A DNA stretch of 64,000 bases from a virus (taxonomy: Duplodnaviria; Caudoviricetes), in IMG/VR virus record IMGVR_UViG_3300035208_002115; one strand, 5' to 3'. Both the position numbers and the translations under genes were made by a program. The stretch's first letter is position 1; each line of letters begins with the position of its first letter. Shown one piece after another: positions 51,141-62,799 of this stretch. The notes beneath the pieces are model-generated. The model was not told the origin of the DNA. It made no database searches and worked only from the letters and a program-made list of their open reading frames with translations.

Positions 51141-51467
51141 ATGGCAGAAAATGATATTTTTAAAAATAGGGTGGCCTCTAATTTAGACCAAGTAGCCCCA
51201 AGAAAAATTCCTCTGGGTGCTTATATTATAAAAACAGTTGACGAATCGGGGTTTCTTCATAGTAAAAAAGATAAACCAGCTATTGAAATGGCTACTGGTA
51301 CTAAATTCTACTACAATCACGGATGGTTACATAGATTGAACGGTGCAGCTATTATTCACGAGGATGGTAGAGAAGAATATTTTATTGAAGGAAAATTTAT
51401 CCCTTCTAAAGAGGAACACACACGTTATTCCCGTTTACTTAAAATTCAATCACTTGACCTTTTTTAA
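51141..51467 (+). CDS. LHRxDGPA-type repeat protein with C-terminal tag
   Basis: LHSKKDKPAI, LHRLNGAAI; SRLLKIQSL. Confidence 0.7.
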   Translation: MAENDIFKNRVASNLDQVAPRKIPLGAYIIKTVDESGFLHSKKDKPAIEMATGTKFYYNHGWLHRLNGAAIIHEDGREEYFIEGKFIPSKEEHTRYSRLLKIQSLDLF

Positions 51468-51474
51468 TAATATT

Positions 51475-52188
51475 ATGGTAAAAGAAAATATAGTTTCGGA
51501 CGTTAACTACAAAGAAATTCCTGAATTTCCATCTTATTATGTGGGTGAGAATGGTAGTGTTATGAGATATCGTAACAATAAATTTAATCCTTTGAAAATT
51601 TCCCACGACATAAAGAATAAGGTCACATATATGTTGATTCAAAACAAAAAAGGTAAATGGCGTTCTATCAGACCGTATATGTTCATTGCTAAAATATTTG
51701 TTAAAAACCCATCCCCGAACATATTCAATTCAGTTGGATATTATGATGGGGATGAAACGAATATATCAGCCAATAATTTATATTGGAAAGCTCGTGCTAA
51801 TCGCAAATTATCTCCAAAAGCAGTTAAATACATAAAATATAGTATCGAGAATAATACCCACACTAATGTCGAATTAGCTTCTATGTTTGGTGTTTCCGAT
51901 ATGCAAATAAGTCGAATAAAGAGTGGGGAAAATTGGGGAAAGGGAAAATTCATTCGAAAGAATAAATTACCATTTGATGTTAATGACGGTAAAATTAGGA
52001 GATTTTTAACTACATTTGATATTCAAAAAAGAGAAAATTATAAAATGAAATTTAAAGTAAAAAAGACCGACACCAAATTACGAATAGTGGGAATCGTAAA
52101 TGGATATCTTTTTTCTTTGAAACATTCTAATATAACCAGAGCAACAAAATTAACCAATAAACTTAATACATATTTTTATGGCAAATAA
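51475..52188 (+). CDS. NUMOD4 / degenerate HNH / HTH protein (homing-endonuclease-derived)
   Basis: YKEIPEFPSYYVGENGSV; DGDETNISANNLYW; ELASMFGVS..QISRIKSG. Confidence 0.7.
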   Translation: MVKENIVSDVNYKEIPEFPSYYVGENGSVMRYRNNKFNPLKISHDIKNKVTYMLIQNKKGKWRSIRPYMFIAKIFVKNPSPNIFNSVGYYDGDETNISANNLYWKARANRKLSPKAVKYIKYSIENNTHTNVELASMFGVSDMQISRIKSGENWGKGKFIRKNKLPFDVNDGKIRRFLTTFDIQKRENYKMKFKVKKTDTKLRIVGIVNGYLFSLKHSNITRATKLTNKLNTYFYGK

Positions 52189-54245
52189 AGTTATACGACC
52201 ACTGGCCTTTGTAAAGATAGATATCAATTCTATGCCAAAGACTATCTATGATGATTACTATAAAGAAACTTTAGGTGAATCTCTCTATATCTTTTTGGGT
52301 GAAGTTCCAAATTGTAAAGGTCATTGTATACTGGCTGACCTTAGTACTGGTAAATTTATTGGTATGTATCATACTGATAATTTTAGAGAAGCAACCGAAG
52401 ATGAAGTATAATGTCTGGGATTAATAAAAAATTATTGATGGCCTTAGTAGAACTCGTTGAATGGGTAAAAATGGGTGATTATGACCCATCGTTTATAGAA
52501 GAAGCTGAAAAAGCAATAAAAGAAGCGAGGGAACAAGATAAATATGAAAATAAGGAAAAACAACGACCTAAAGATAATGGATAATATCGATAATATGAAA
52601 CCCGATTTGTTTTCTGAAGGATTAAAAAAGTTCTTCACAAAGGGTTCTATTGTTGAACCAGTTCGTTTAAATAAGAGAATGAAGGAAATAATACTTTTAT
52701 TAATTGAAGAAGATTTAGAAAATTCTATCATATTATACCCAGAAGAAGATTATAGATATAATCGTTTCATGAAAAGTATGGATTGGCTTAAACAACGAGT
52801 AACTGGTATTAAAAATAACAAACAAACTTTCAACATAAAAATAGGAGCAACGCTTTATTATTGGATGTGTAATAAAGATTTTCATTATTTATCTGATGAT
52901 AAAGATTTTGACAAAGCTATGCAATGGATTTTGAATCATATTAATAAAAAGTGGAGTGTTAGTGAATTAGCAAATAAATAAAATATGGAAAAGAAAGAAC
53001 AAAAAATAATAAGAATAAAGGATGATACTACTTTTTTAACAAATTGGCCTGAATCTATTAAAAAAAGGATATTTAAAAAATATTCTATGCAAGGTATGGT
53101 TTATTTAACCAAATTCGGGGAAGGATATACACCGACACATGTTTCGGATATTGTTAAATGGTTGGATAATCTATGTATAACAACCATCTCTGAAAAAAAG
53201 TCCGATAAGATAGCATTTGATTATTTAAATGATAAATATCCTGAATATAAAGGTTTCATTCAATTATTTTAATTATGAAATTAACAGATAAACAAAAAGA
53301 AGCATTATTACTATTAAAGGAAGAAAAATCTTTTTCTTTAGATAGTAGTAAAGTCCATAAGAATACAATGAATGCACTTTACTTTAAAAGTTTAGTGAAA
53401 ACTTCAAGATATGCTAATGGCGAATTCTGGGAAATTACCGATAAGGGGTTGGATGAAGTTGATATCATCAATAATATCATACCACATCATGAAGTGGTAC
53501 TGGATGTGTTCGGTGGTACTAAGATGCAAAAATTCCAAAATGATTTCATGCATTGTGGCGATGTGTTTGAAAAGGGAAAACACCTTGCTGAACATTATCA
53601 GATTGTAGTAACTGGTAATCCTAATTTAGAAAAATTATGCGAAAATTACAAAAACGCATATGAAAAGGCCAGTGGGGGTTATATTTTATTTGTTGCCATC
53701 AAAAGTATAGATGGTAAACGAACTAAAGAACCCAAAGCTTATATTAAAGAGGGTATTCAATCTATTTCTATGGTACAGAATGGTGAATTAGGTTGGTCTT
53801 TATTTAAAGACTTATTAACTCATCTCGGATATGAAGTCAAAACCAACCAATATATGATGGTTGAATCGGTATCTTAAATATTTTAATTATGAAAACATTT
53901 TATATTTTTATATTTTTATTTTTCATATCATGTGTATCATATACCCGTAAAGAAGGTGTACACCAATATACTCCGATAGTTGATAAAAAGTTTATTCCTT
54001 CACATTCCGAAATGGGTATGCATTATGGTTATTCTATAATGAAAGGAAAAACATGCTGGCATTATGGAGAACACACAGTTTCGGACGAATTTTTCATCTA
54101 TTACATGGTTTATAGTGATACAATAGGTTGGGAAGTAAACAAAGATAGATATGATACAACAGAAATTGGTGATTTGTTGACTAAGTATTATACATATCTT
54201 TATCAAGATAGTGTACTGGTAGATTCTTCATTAACAATAGAATAA
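52178..54245 (+). other. hypothetical CDS run (52178, ~52544, 52985, 53275, and 53889 with a lipoprotein-like signal)
   Basis: ORF track; the 53889 protein begins MKTFYIFIFLFFISC. Confidence 0.6.
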
Positions 54246-54250
54246 ATATA

Positions 54251-54280
54251 AAAACCCCAGTTAATCACTGGGGGTTTTTT
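54251..54280. terminator. bidirectional terminator
   Basis: AAAACCCCAG...CTGGGGGTTTTTT. Confidence 0.8.
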
Positions 54281-54317
54281 CATCAACTTACTAAAACGTA
54301 ACTTACCAAAAAGTAAT

Positions 54318-54761
54318 CTACTTAATGACTACCTTCGTTGGTTTCTTAACTTTTTCCTCTAATTTCTGAATATCCAACTTCAAGATACCATCTTTAAATT
54401 CAGCTTCTATTTTATCCATATTAGTATCCTTTGGAATCTGGTAAGATTTTTTGAAAGATGATTTCTTGAATTGTCTCATACAATAAACATCTTCTTTTTC
54501 TTCTTTTTCTTCTTTAATGTCGGCTGATATCGAAAGAATATCATTATTAATATCAATCTTGATATCATCCTTATTAAAACCAGCCAAAGTTAGTTCTAAA
54601 ATGTATTTATCTTCCATCTCCTGAATGTTCGTCTTAACAGAAGGTGTGTAATCAAATACCGATTTAAGTGTCGAAAAATCACCCTTTAAATCGAAAAATT
54701 CATTAACTAAATCTAAAAAGGGTGAATCTGTTCTTGGCCTGTAAACTAAATTTTTTAACAT
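54318..54761 (-). CDS. small heat-shock protein Hsp20
   Basis: NIQE..Y.LE..LAGFNKDDIKI, SFKKSYQIP, AEFKDGILKL. Confidence 0.93.
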   Translation of the reverse strand: MLKNLVYRPRTDSPFLDLVNEFFDLKGDFSTLKSVFDYTPSVKTNIQEMEDKYILELTLAGFNKDDIKIDINNDILSISADIKEEKEEKEDVYCMRQFKKSSFKKSYQIPKDTNMDKIEAEFKDGILKLDIQKLEEKVKKPTKVVIK

Positions 54762-54810
54762 ATCTTTATATTTTTATTTTTTACACATTATTGTGTTTGG
54801 TAATAATATT

Positions 54811-54883
54811 TACAAATTAAATACCAATAATATTTAAATGAAAAAATGTCATGTATTTAAGTAAATATCATGACATTTTTTCA
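54811..54883 (-). promoter_or_regulatory. sigma54-like promoter plus perfect 15-bp inverted repeat upstream of hsp20
   Basis: - strand TGGTAT-N5-TTGT; inverted repeat TGAAAAAATGTCATG (54839-54853) / CATGACATTTTTTCA (54869-54883). Confidence 0.6.
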
Positions 54884-54900
54884 GTGATTTAACTTATATG

Positions 54901-57512
54901 TTAATTATAATCCACGCTGTCTTTATCGGCATACAATGTTAAACAATAATTAATAAATTCATCACCATTTATATCTGGTTTAGTATTAATAAATTTTATT
55001 AAAGCTTTCTGGACATTATATAAAATCGAAAGTTCTAAATTATTCCACCATATACCATAAGAAGAATCGTCAATTGAATGTATTTGAGATTTCATATTAT
55101 ATAACTTCCCATATTCTTTACTCTTATCTCCACCCACTGGACACATAATAATTAAACTAATTGGGTTATATTTCCTATTGTAAAGATGAAGCATAGAATC
55201 TTTATCCACTTGTTTAACCGTCCATAATTCACTTCTATGTATGATTTTACCAGATTTATCTGTGTGGTGAGTTCCCTTAAACCAAGTGTTAAGATATTTA
55301 CCGATATTTTCTTTTGATAAGTCATAAACAAAATATTTATTTGTATCTTCCTCAATACCTTTACAATCTTTTTTATCGTGGGTTTCTCCGTATGTGGGAA
55401 ATTTCCTTGTTTTTGATAAATTAGATAATTGTTCAATAAAGTTATTCATTTTTATAATTTGTTTACATATTTGTTAAAGCTTTTATCCCATATGAAGCCA
55501 CGTTCTTCCATAAACTTTATATATTCCTCAGTTGGTAATTCAAACATAATTTGTAGTTTACTGAACTTTGAGGGTTCGTATGCCGTTGGATTAAGGCCAC
55601 AATTTAAAAATATAGTATCAGGCACTTTAAATGCTTTATTCAATAATTTCTTTTTCTTTCTCCAATAAAGAATAGGTGTGATTACTATAACATCCTCATC
55701 ACTTTTCAATTCAGAAAATATAAAATTATTTGGAGTGATGGGAGCAAATAAGTCGTCCTTTTTAAATTTGAAATCACACACAGGACAATAATAATTTTTA
55801 TCCAAATCACCGCCACAGAATATACACTTAGGGGCATCTGGTATCAGAATATTATCAGAATCATTAATAGAATCTTTCTGGAATTGTTGAGGCATATTAA
55901 TATCCTCATCACCTTTTAGATTTTTATTTTCTTTATCCTTTTCAGCATCATCGGTTTCCCAAGTATATTTCATATTGGCTATTTCATCTTCATCGAAAAA
56001 ATCATTTATTATCTTCTTTGATTTTTCCTCACCAAAATAAGATGTTTCTTTATTTTTTTCCATATAATTTGTTTTTTAATCTTTCATTTAGTACAAGTTC
56101 TTCGGTTCTTATATTTCTACAAACCAAAAATATTTCTTCTTTATATTCGCCATTATACTCATCGATAGGTTTGAAAGTTTCGATAACTTCTTCTTTAGTT
56201 TTATCTCCAGAAACATCTATGACATAAACTTCATTAGAATATTTCAGTGATATTTTAAAAAACGGTTTCCCCTCATTTTTATCGAATCTGCTCGGTTTTC
56301 TATCGTATTCTTTAAGACACCAAACAAACCCCTCATAAGTTAATTCTTTCAATGGATTTTTAATTTTACTTAAATCTTCATTCAAAGAAGATAATCTAAA
56401 TGACGGACATACTTCAAGTTTATTTTCGTTGCATATGTTATTATAATGGTCTTCATATTTAGTGCTGTTTCTACAAGATAGAAATAAGTCAGGTAAATTA
56501 TATTTTATTTTTTTATTTTTAGGTTCTTTAAAAATTTTATAAGTTGGTAAAAATTCTGGTATCGGTAAATTTTTAATATAACCTAAAACGTTTTTATACA
56601 CCCAATTGTAAATATAATACTCAATATCAGACAAACGATAGTATTGACAATCATTAATACCAGCCGAGTATTCTCTACCACAGTCGTCATCATTTAAAAA
56701 GAAATATTCTTTGTAATAATTATTTTCGAATGTATCAAATACACCTTTCTCAAATCCAAATAATTCTTGAAGTTTTTTTGACCTTAAAAATTTATTATGT
56801 TGTATCTCACTATTTTCGCATTTTTCCTTCGGTTTATAAGGTTGTAATGAATATTGTAAATACCATTTATCACGACCTTGCATTTTAGTGTGAATTCCTC
56901 TATGACCTAAAAATCTTTTTTTATCTTTATTCCAATTACCACCAGTATAAACAATTAACTGACCAGACATATCATCATATACACTACATTCATAATAAGG
57001 TATTGATATAGTTGTTAAGGTGTGATTTCTGTCAGATAGAGATAATCTGAAATCATTTCCTTTTATATAATAAAGAGTTATTTCTTTAGTTGCATCATTA
57101 AAGGAAAATTCAAATTCCATATCTGGTATATTGAAATTTCGTATTCGTAATTCATATAATAGTTCACGATAAACACGGGTTCTCATGCATTTATATATAG
57201 TGGGATTATTATCATACTTAAATTTAGCCCTTCTGCCATTTAAGTCGATTAACACACGTTGATTATTTATCGACAAATTATCCAACATAGTATTTAATTA
57301 TTTGCATCGGCAATTGCTAATTTCTTAGCAGCACTAATAGATGTTATACCAATTTCAACTTCAATTTTTTCCATTCGGACTCTTTTATATAATGTCCAAC
57401 CTTTTGGTTCTTTGTTTATTTGGTATAAAGAATATTCATCATATTTATCCAAAACTCTAAATTCATGATATATAGAGGTTTGTGTGGCTTTAATATCTAT
57501 AATTTCTTTCAT
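54901..57512 (-). other. hypothetical CDS 54901-55449, 55452-56063 (zinc ribbon), 56050-57288, 57294-57512
   Basis: Co-directional operon after TAnnTTTG at 57533-57540. Confidence 0.7.
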
Positions 57513-57976
57513 AAGATAATTTTATTAATAAGCAAAAATACGCAAAAATATGTTAAAAAAAAATCCCACGCTTTTTATTTCGTGGGATTAAAAATAATCA
57601 TATGACAATATAACTCTGAAGCATTTATTTATATATCTTTTTATTCAAATTGTTTTGAAAATTCATCAAAACATTTTCTCGAACAAAAATTATTTACCAT
57701 TATAGTCGATACACCTAACAATTCTTTAATATTAGTGTCTTTCGCTGGTGTGTATAATGAATCACAATTAATACATCTTATATTTTTATCGATATAATAT
57801 GACACAAACCGAGTTGGGTCGATTATATTTTGGTTATTTGAGTTCATTTTTCTCAATATTTTTTAATTCAACATCACATAGAATATCAAGGGCTTTTAAT
57901 AATTCTTTATCATTTTCATTTTCATGTCTTAAACTCATTTGTAAATGAAATATTGCTTTTCTTAAATGTGAGAGTG

Positions 57977-58441
57977 TCATTCTAATATTTCTTTTATTTT
58001 TTCTTTTCTTAAAAATATTTTATAATCTTCATAATCTAATATAAAAGTGAATTCTCTCATCTCATAGCTGTATTCTTCTATTTCATAAAATGTTAAAACA
58101 AAATCATCATTACTTTTTTGAAAAGATTTCAAAAAACGATAAAGACCATTAGAAACAATATTATTATTATCTAAATAAAGTTGTAATATATGATACGTTT
58201 GTACATAATCATTTGATTTATTTTCCAAATCCAATCTCTGTATCAAATATACAACAAATAAACAACCGACTTTATAATAATTAGCTTTTATAAAAGAACT
58301 TAAATTTTCTTTCTGCTTAGAATCTATAATATCAAATATTTCACCCTTATCATTAGTGAATTCTTCTCCAAAAGTCATTTTAAGCTTATGTATAACATCA
58401 CAATTAAGTGTTTCCAATATTTTTAAATCATCTTTTATCAT
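57977..58441 (-). CDS. hypothetical protein with C-terminal tag
   Basis: LRKEKIKEILE. Confidence 0.7.
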   Translation of the reverse strand: MIKDDLKILETLNCDVIHKLKMTFGEEFTNDKGEIFDIIDSKQKENLSSFIKANYYKVGCLFVVYLIQRLDLENKSNDYVQTYHILQLYLDNNNIVSNGLYRFLKSFQKSNDDFVLTFYEIEEYSYEMREFTFILDYEDYKIFLRKEKIKEILE

Positions 58442-58453
58442 ATGGTATGGTAT

Positions 58454-58482
58454 AAAAAACTCGCCCCATAAAGAGGCGAGTT
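58454..58482 (-). terminator. intrinsic terminator
   Basis: AACTCGCC...GGCGAGTT with an A run on the + strand. Confidence 0.75.
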
Positions 58483-58508
58483 CTAAAGAATAAACAAAAA
58501 TATTACAA

Positions 58509-61157
58509 TTACCTACGCCTCATCCTAACCCCTCTTGCTTTCAACACATCCTTAACAACATGAATCTGAAAATCAGTATATTTTTCTGATTTTAGCATGT
58601 TCTTTAGTTTTTCTGTTGATTCTTTTTTCATACGGTTCACAACTCTTTCTGAACGAATTGGTGAACTTAATCGTCTTTCCAGAATTTCATTAATAATGAC
58701 TTTCTGATTATCATTATAATGATTCGATACTGTCATTCGCATTAAATCCTCTGTTGAGTCTTTTTTAAATCTGCGTATCCATCTTTCTGTTATGATACTT
58801 CGTCTTTTAGTAAACATTTTTTTTACTTTTTTGTGAATAATTTTGGTAGTTATCTTTTTTTCTTCAATATGTATAGCTTTTATATTCTGTGAACTTGAAA
58901 AAGTTGTATTTTTTGTGGTATTTTTTTCTTTTTTTCTTTTTACCACTGGTTCACTTTCAAATAAACTACTAACTACATTATTCTCAGTTATATTCTCAAT
59001 AACAACCTCAAACATATCACCAATTTGCTCAACAGTATCTGGAAAAATATCTACAATATTATCTACAACCTCATTTATAACAGGTTTAGTTTCAGATTTT
59101 GTCTCTGGTGTTTTTTCTATTTTTGGTGTATATGTTTTTCCAAAAATTATTTCTTGCCAATGTTCTACGAGCATTATCATCGCAAAAGTGTCGAGTTCAC
59201 AATATTTAAGAAGTGATTGAATAACACTATTTCGTTCAATTTCACTCATTTGAGAGAATTGTATTTTAGCATAAGCTGTCATAGCTGCGCCACCATCCGA
59301 AATTTTTTCAGCACTTACAAAAGTTTCCACAATAGACTGGTCAATATCGACAAAGGTCTCAGGGAGCGTTTTATAAGGGTCATTTACTTCGCCATCTTTA
59401 TAAGTCAACCAAGTATGATTCTTAAAATTTAAAGATTTAATTTCACCAGTGCCATAAATTGGTAAAGTATATTTGGTTTTTAAAAAACTACTCGATTTTA
59501 GTATAGCTGGTAATACATATTTTATTGAATTCGAACCTTCTGTAATTGGATTATAATAATATAATTTTAAAACTTCCCATAAATCTACCATATTTCTTTC
59601 ACCAACCCAATTCTCAATATCCAATCTACCATATTCTACTGATGAAGACTTATAAGTAATATTTTTAATAAAATCAATTATTTCCTCTTTATCTGGTTCT
59701 GAACTTTCAAATAAATTAATCAAAATGTGATTTAAGAAAGTATTCTCATGTGGCGAATAACGGAAAATAGTTCCATTATCAACTTCCAGTTGTTTTTTCA
59801 ATTCTCTGATGAATTCAAAGTTTGGATTGAATCCTATCTTACGATTGATATACTCACCTGCATGTTCAACCCGACCATCTTCATACATAATATGATGAGA
59901 AAATTGAAAAGCTATACCTTCATATGGTCGTAGACCAGCATGAAATGGTATGGCTACCGTAGTGGTTTCAAAATCTATCATATGATATGGGTACTTCCAT
60001 GTCAGCATTTCACCTTTTAACTTTTCATCAAGAACGAATATGTTATTGTCATTAGTTAATGTTTTCACTATCTGGATTAACTGTCTATCTTTTTGTTCGA
60101 TTTTTTCAGTAATTTTATCCATATAATATTGACCATCTTGTATAGTTTCAACGTTTTTGTTGAACTCTGATAGGTCAATTTTTTCCATCAGAATATTACC
60201 TGCATTGATTTGTTTATCTTTGCCACGATAATTCCATATATCCAACACTGTCGGTTTACCATAATTGGTTTGACCAACCAAGGGATTATTTAAAAAACAT
60301 TCTCTTTTACCATTATACCATCCACGTTTTTCCTCGTCTTCTGTGCAACTAAATTGACAATCACCACATTTTTTACCAAGATGTGTAACTAATTTTTCAT
60401 TTTTTTCGAATGACTCCATTAATAATGTTAACCATTCGTCAAAGTTTCTACCTTCGGTATATTCATAATTATCAATTAAATCGACAACCGAATCAACACA
60501 TATCGGAATTAAAATCTGTTCACCAAGAGCTTCTTCACTTACATCACCATTGATTATAACTTTTGTATTACCATTATCATCCTTGGAAAGAATAAATTTT
60601 TGATTGAGATTATCAACAGTTGTGATTTTTGTTTTATCAGCCATCATTAAATAGGACTCGATGGCATAACGTGGGAACAATTTTGATAATATCCAACGTT
60701 GATATGCGACATCGTACATCTGGTCAATCCACTCGGCCTTGATTATACTTGCACCTCTTTTGTTTAGAAATTGGTCAAGCCCCAAATCATTAATATATGA
60801 TTTAGATTTAACTTCTATCAATTTTAGAACATTACCAGTTCTAATAAGGATATCGAATCTGGAAATAAATTTTCCAAATATTAAATTACCTTCAAATAAA
60901 GTTACATTTGTTTTCTTCAAATGTTTCTGAACTTCTTTGAAGTTATCTTCTTCGTTCAATGCCGAATCAAGTTCAATACCTGATGGATAATAGCATTTTG
61001 CTAATTCTCCAACTTGAAAACCACCCTCGGCAATAGCTTTTAGAAAAGGGTCTTCGTTACGATTATCTTTGTAAAGATGATTGTTGGATGCATAGTACAA
61101 CTTGGTACGGCAATCCAATGCATTTTTAAATAGGGATTTACTTAAATATTTTTTCAT
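58509..61157 (-). CDS. DUF2779-type protein (N-terminal PD-(D/E)xK-like plus RNase H/exonuclease-like domain) with C-terminal extension
   Basis: LSKS, FDIL..LIEVKS, YDVAYQ; IDFET, FQFSHH, SNSIKYVLP, LLKYCELDT. Confidence 0.8.
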   Translation of the reverse strand: MKKYLSKSLFKNALDCRTKLYYASNNHLYKDNRNEDPFLKAIAEGGFQVGELAKCYYPSGIELDSALNEEDNFKEVQKHLKKTNVTLFEGNLIFGKFISRFDILIRTGNVLKLIEVKSKSYINDLGLDQFLNKRGASIIKAEWIDQMYDVAYQRWILSKLFPRYAIESYLMMADKTKITTVDNLNQKFILSKDDNGNTKVIINGDVSEEALGEQILIPICVDSVVDLIDNYEYTEGRNFDEWLTLLMESFEKNEKLVTHLGKKCGDCQFSCTEDEEKRGWYNGKRECFLNNPLVGQTNYGKPTVLDIWNYRGKDKQINAGNILMEKIDLSEFNKNVETIQDGQYYMDKITEKIEQKDRQLIQIVKTLTNDNNIFVLDEKLKGEMLTWKYPYHMIDFETTTVAIPFHAGLRPYEGIAFQFSHHIMYEDGRVEHAGEYINRKIGFNPNFEFIRELKKQLEVDNGTIFRYSPHENTFLNHILINLFESSEPDKEEIIDFIKNITYKSSSVEYGRLDIENWVGERNMVDLWEVLKLYYYNPITEGSNSIKYVLPAILKSSSFLKTKYTLPIYGTGEIKSLNFKNHTWLTYKDGEVNDPYKTLPETFVDIDQSIVETFVSAEKISDGGAAMTAYAKIQFSQMSEIERNSVIQSLLKYCELDTFAMIMLVEHWQEIIFGKTYTPKIEKTPETKSETKPVINEVVDNIVDIFPDTVEQIGDMFEVVIENITENNVVSSLFESEPVVKRKKEKNTTKNTTFSSSQNIKAIHIEEKKITTKIIHKKVKKMFTKRRSIITERWIRRFKKDSTEDLMRMTVSNHYNDNQKVIINEILERRLSSPIRSERVVNRMKKESTEKLKNMLKSEKYTDFQIHVVKDVLKARGVRMRRR

Positions 61158-61180
61158 GATTAAATAATTAAATGTGATGG

Positions 61181-62778
61181 TTAATCCATCATTGCTTTAA
61201 TTATTTTTATCATTCTTTCTTCGTTTTGTTTGAAATTTAAGTAATTTTTTTTGATAATATAGAATTCTGGGTTTTCTCTTTTAATTATTTGAATATATGA
61301 TTCAATTTTAGATATGTAACTTAATATAAATTCTGGTTTGGTATCCATAAATATAGTAAGTTCTATTTTATCAGTTCCTCTAATCAAATTTGGTGAAATT
61401 TTATAATTGGGGTCTTTATTTATTTCTTTATTAAAATCAATTCTGTTACTATCACACCATTCTTCTTTATATGAAAATGGGGTATATATATCAACAAATT
61501 CTCTATCAAGTTTTTTTAATTGCTCTAATATATATTCTGGTGTAACAGGATTAGTCATATCAATTTATTTAATCCAAATTTAATTCTTTTAATTTAAAAT
61601 ATCTCAGAATTACATTACCATCTAAAATAACTTTTTTATCTTTAGCATTAATAAATCTTAACTGCGCTATATCTTGTTCTATTAGTTTATACCACCGTTT
61701 ATCTATTGGGCGCATGAATATGTGAAAATAAAAATCAAATTGTGCCACATCATCAATACAATATTTTGTTTCTTGAATCGGGTCATCATCATTCCAATAA
61801 TACATATCCATTTCATACAATAAGATATATTCTAAATCATATATTGGAAACCCCTTTTTGACATAGATAAATGTTTCTTTTGGGTCGAGCATTAAAAAAT
61901 CTTCGGTTAATTCTTTTATCATTTAATAATCATTTTTCCATATGGTATTTTTTCCAAGTTTTTTTGCAACGGCTTGTGCAACACTATTTATTGAACAACC
62001 TAAAAAATCTTTCCATTGGGTTTTAGGATTCATAATACAAGAATTTCCTCCAGAGGTTAAATATATCACATCACCAGAATAATCCACTTGGAAATAATCC
62101 AGAAAATCTTTACACCTTATCAATTCAATATCAGTCATACTTCCAATATAGTTTTTAATTTTATAAGTCGAGAAATCTTTTTAGCATCATATACAGTTAA
62201 ATAAACATTAGCACCTATTAAATTATCAATTTTTCTCACTTCCAGTGTTTTATATTCACCCATAGGATGTAAAGATAATAATAAAATATTATTATTTGAT
62301 ACCATATTTTTATCAAAATATTCAGGTACAAATTGAAAATTATTCATCAAATACTCTACATATGGGTAAATTAAATCACCATTTGGTATATTAATCAAAA
62401 CATCAGCGATGTCTAATCTCCCCATTGTGAATTCTTTAGGACACTCCATCATTTAAGTATATTTGATATTTTAAGCATTCTGGTAATTTGAATATCATCT
62501 AAAACAGTAAAAGTACCCAAAATGTTAGCTATTTCAACTCTTTTTTTAATCTCTATGACTTTTTTCTCTGAAAGAGGATTGAAGCGTAATATCAAAATAT
62601 TACCATCTGAAATTATATAATTAGTTAAACTATCCCTAAATGTAGAAGCTAAATACATAAAATCATATCTTTCCACAAAAATGTCTATATATGGTTTTAT
62701 TTCATTACCATCCTGTAATGATATAACCGTAGTTGTATTCATTAAATAATTTTCTGTGAATTGCTCTGGATAATACAT
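61181..62778 (-). other. five small CDS (61181, 61569, 61923, 62135, 62449); four carry the C-terminal tag or a variant
   Basis: ERMIKII, LRYFKLKEL, SRLIKLKTIL, TRMLKISNIL. Confidence 0.7.
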
Positions 62779-62799
62779 AATAAATTTAAAAATATTATA

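Noticed and set aside
58509-61157. DUF2779 protein as the Cas4-like adaptation partner of the CRISPR locus
   Set aside because: It lies 53 kb away and I see no evidence of linkage.
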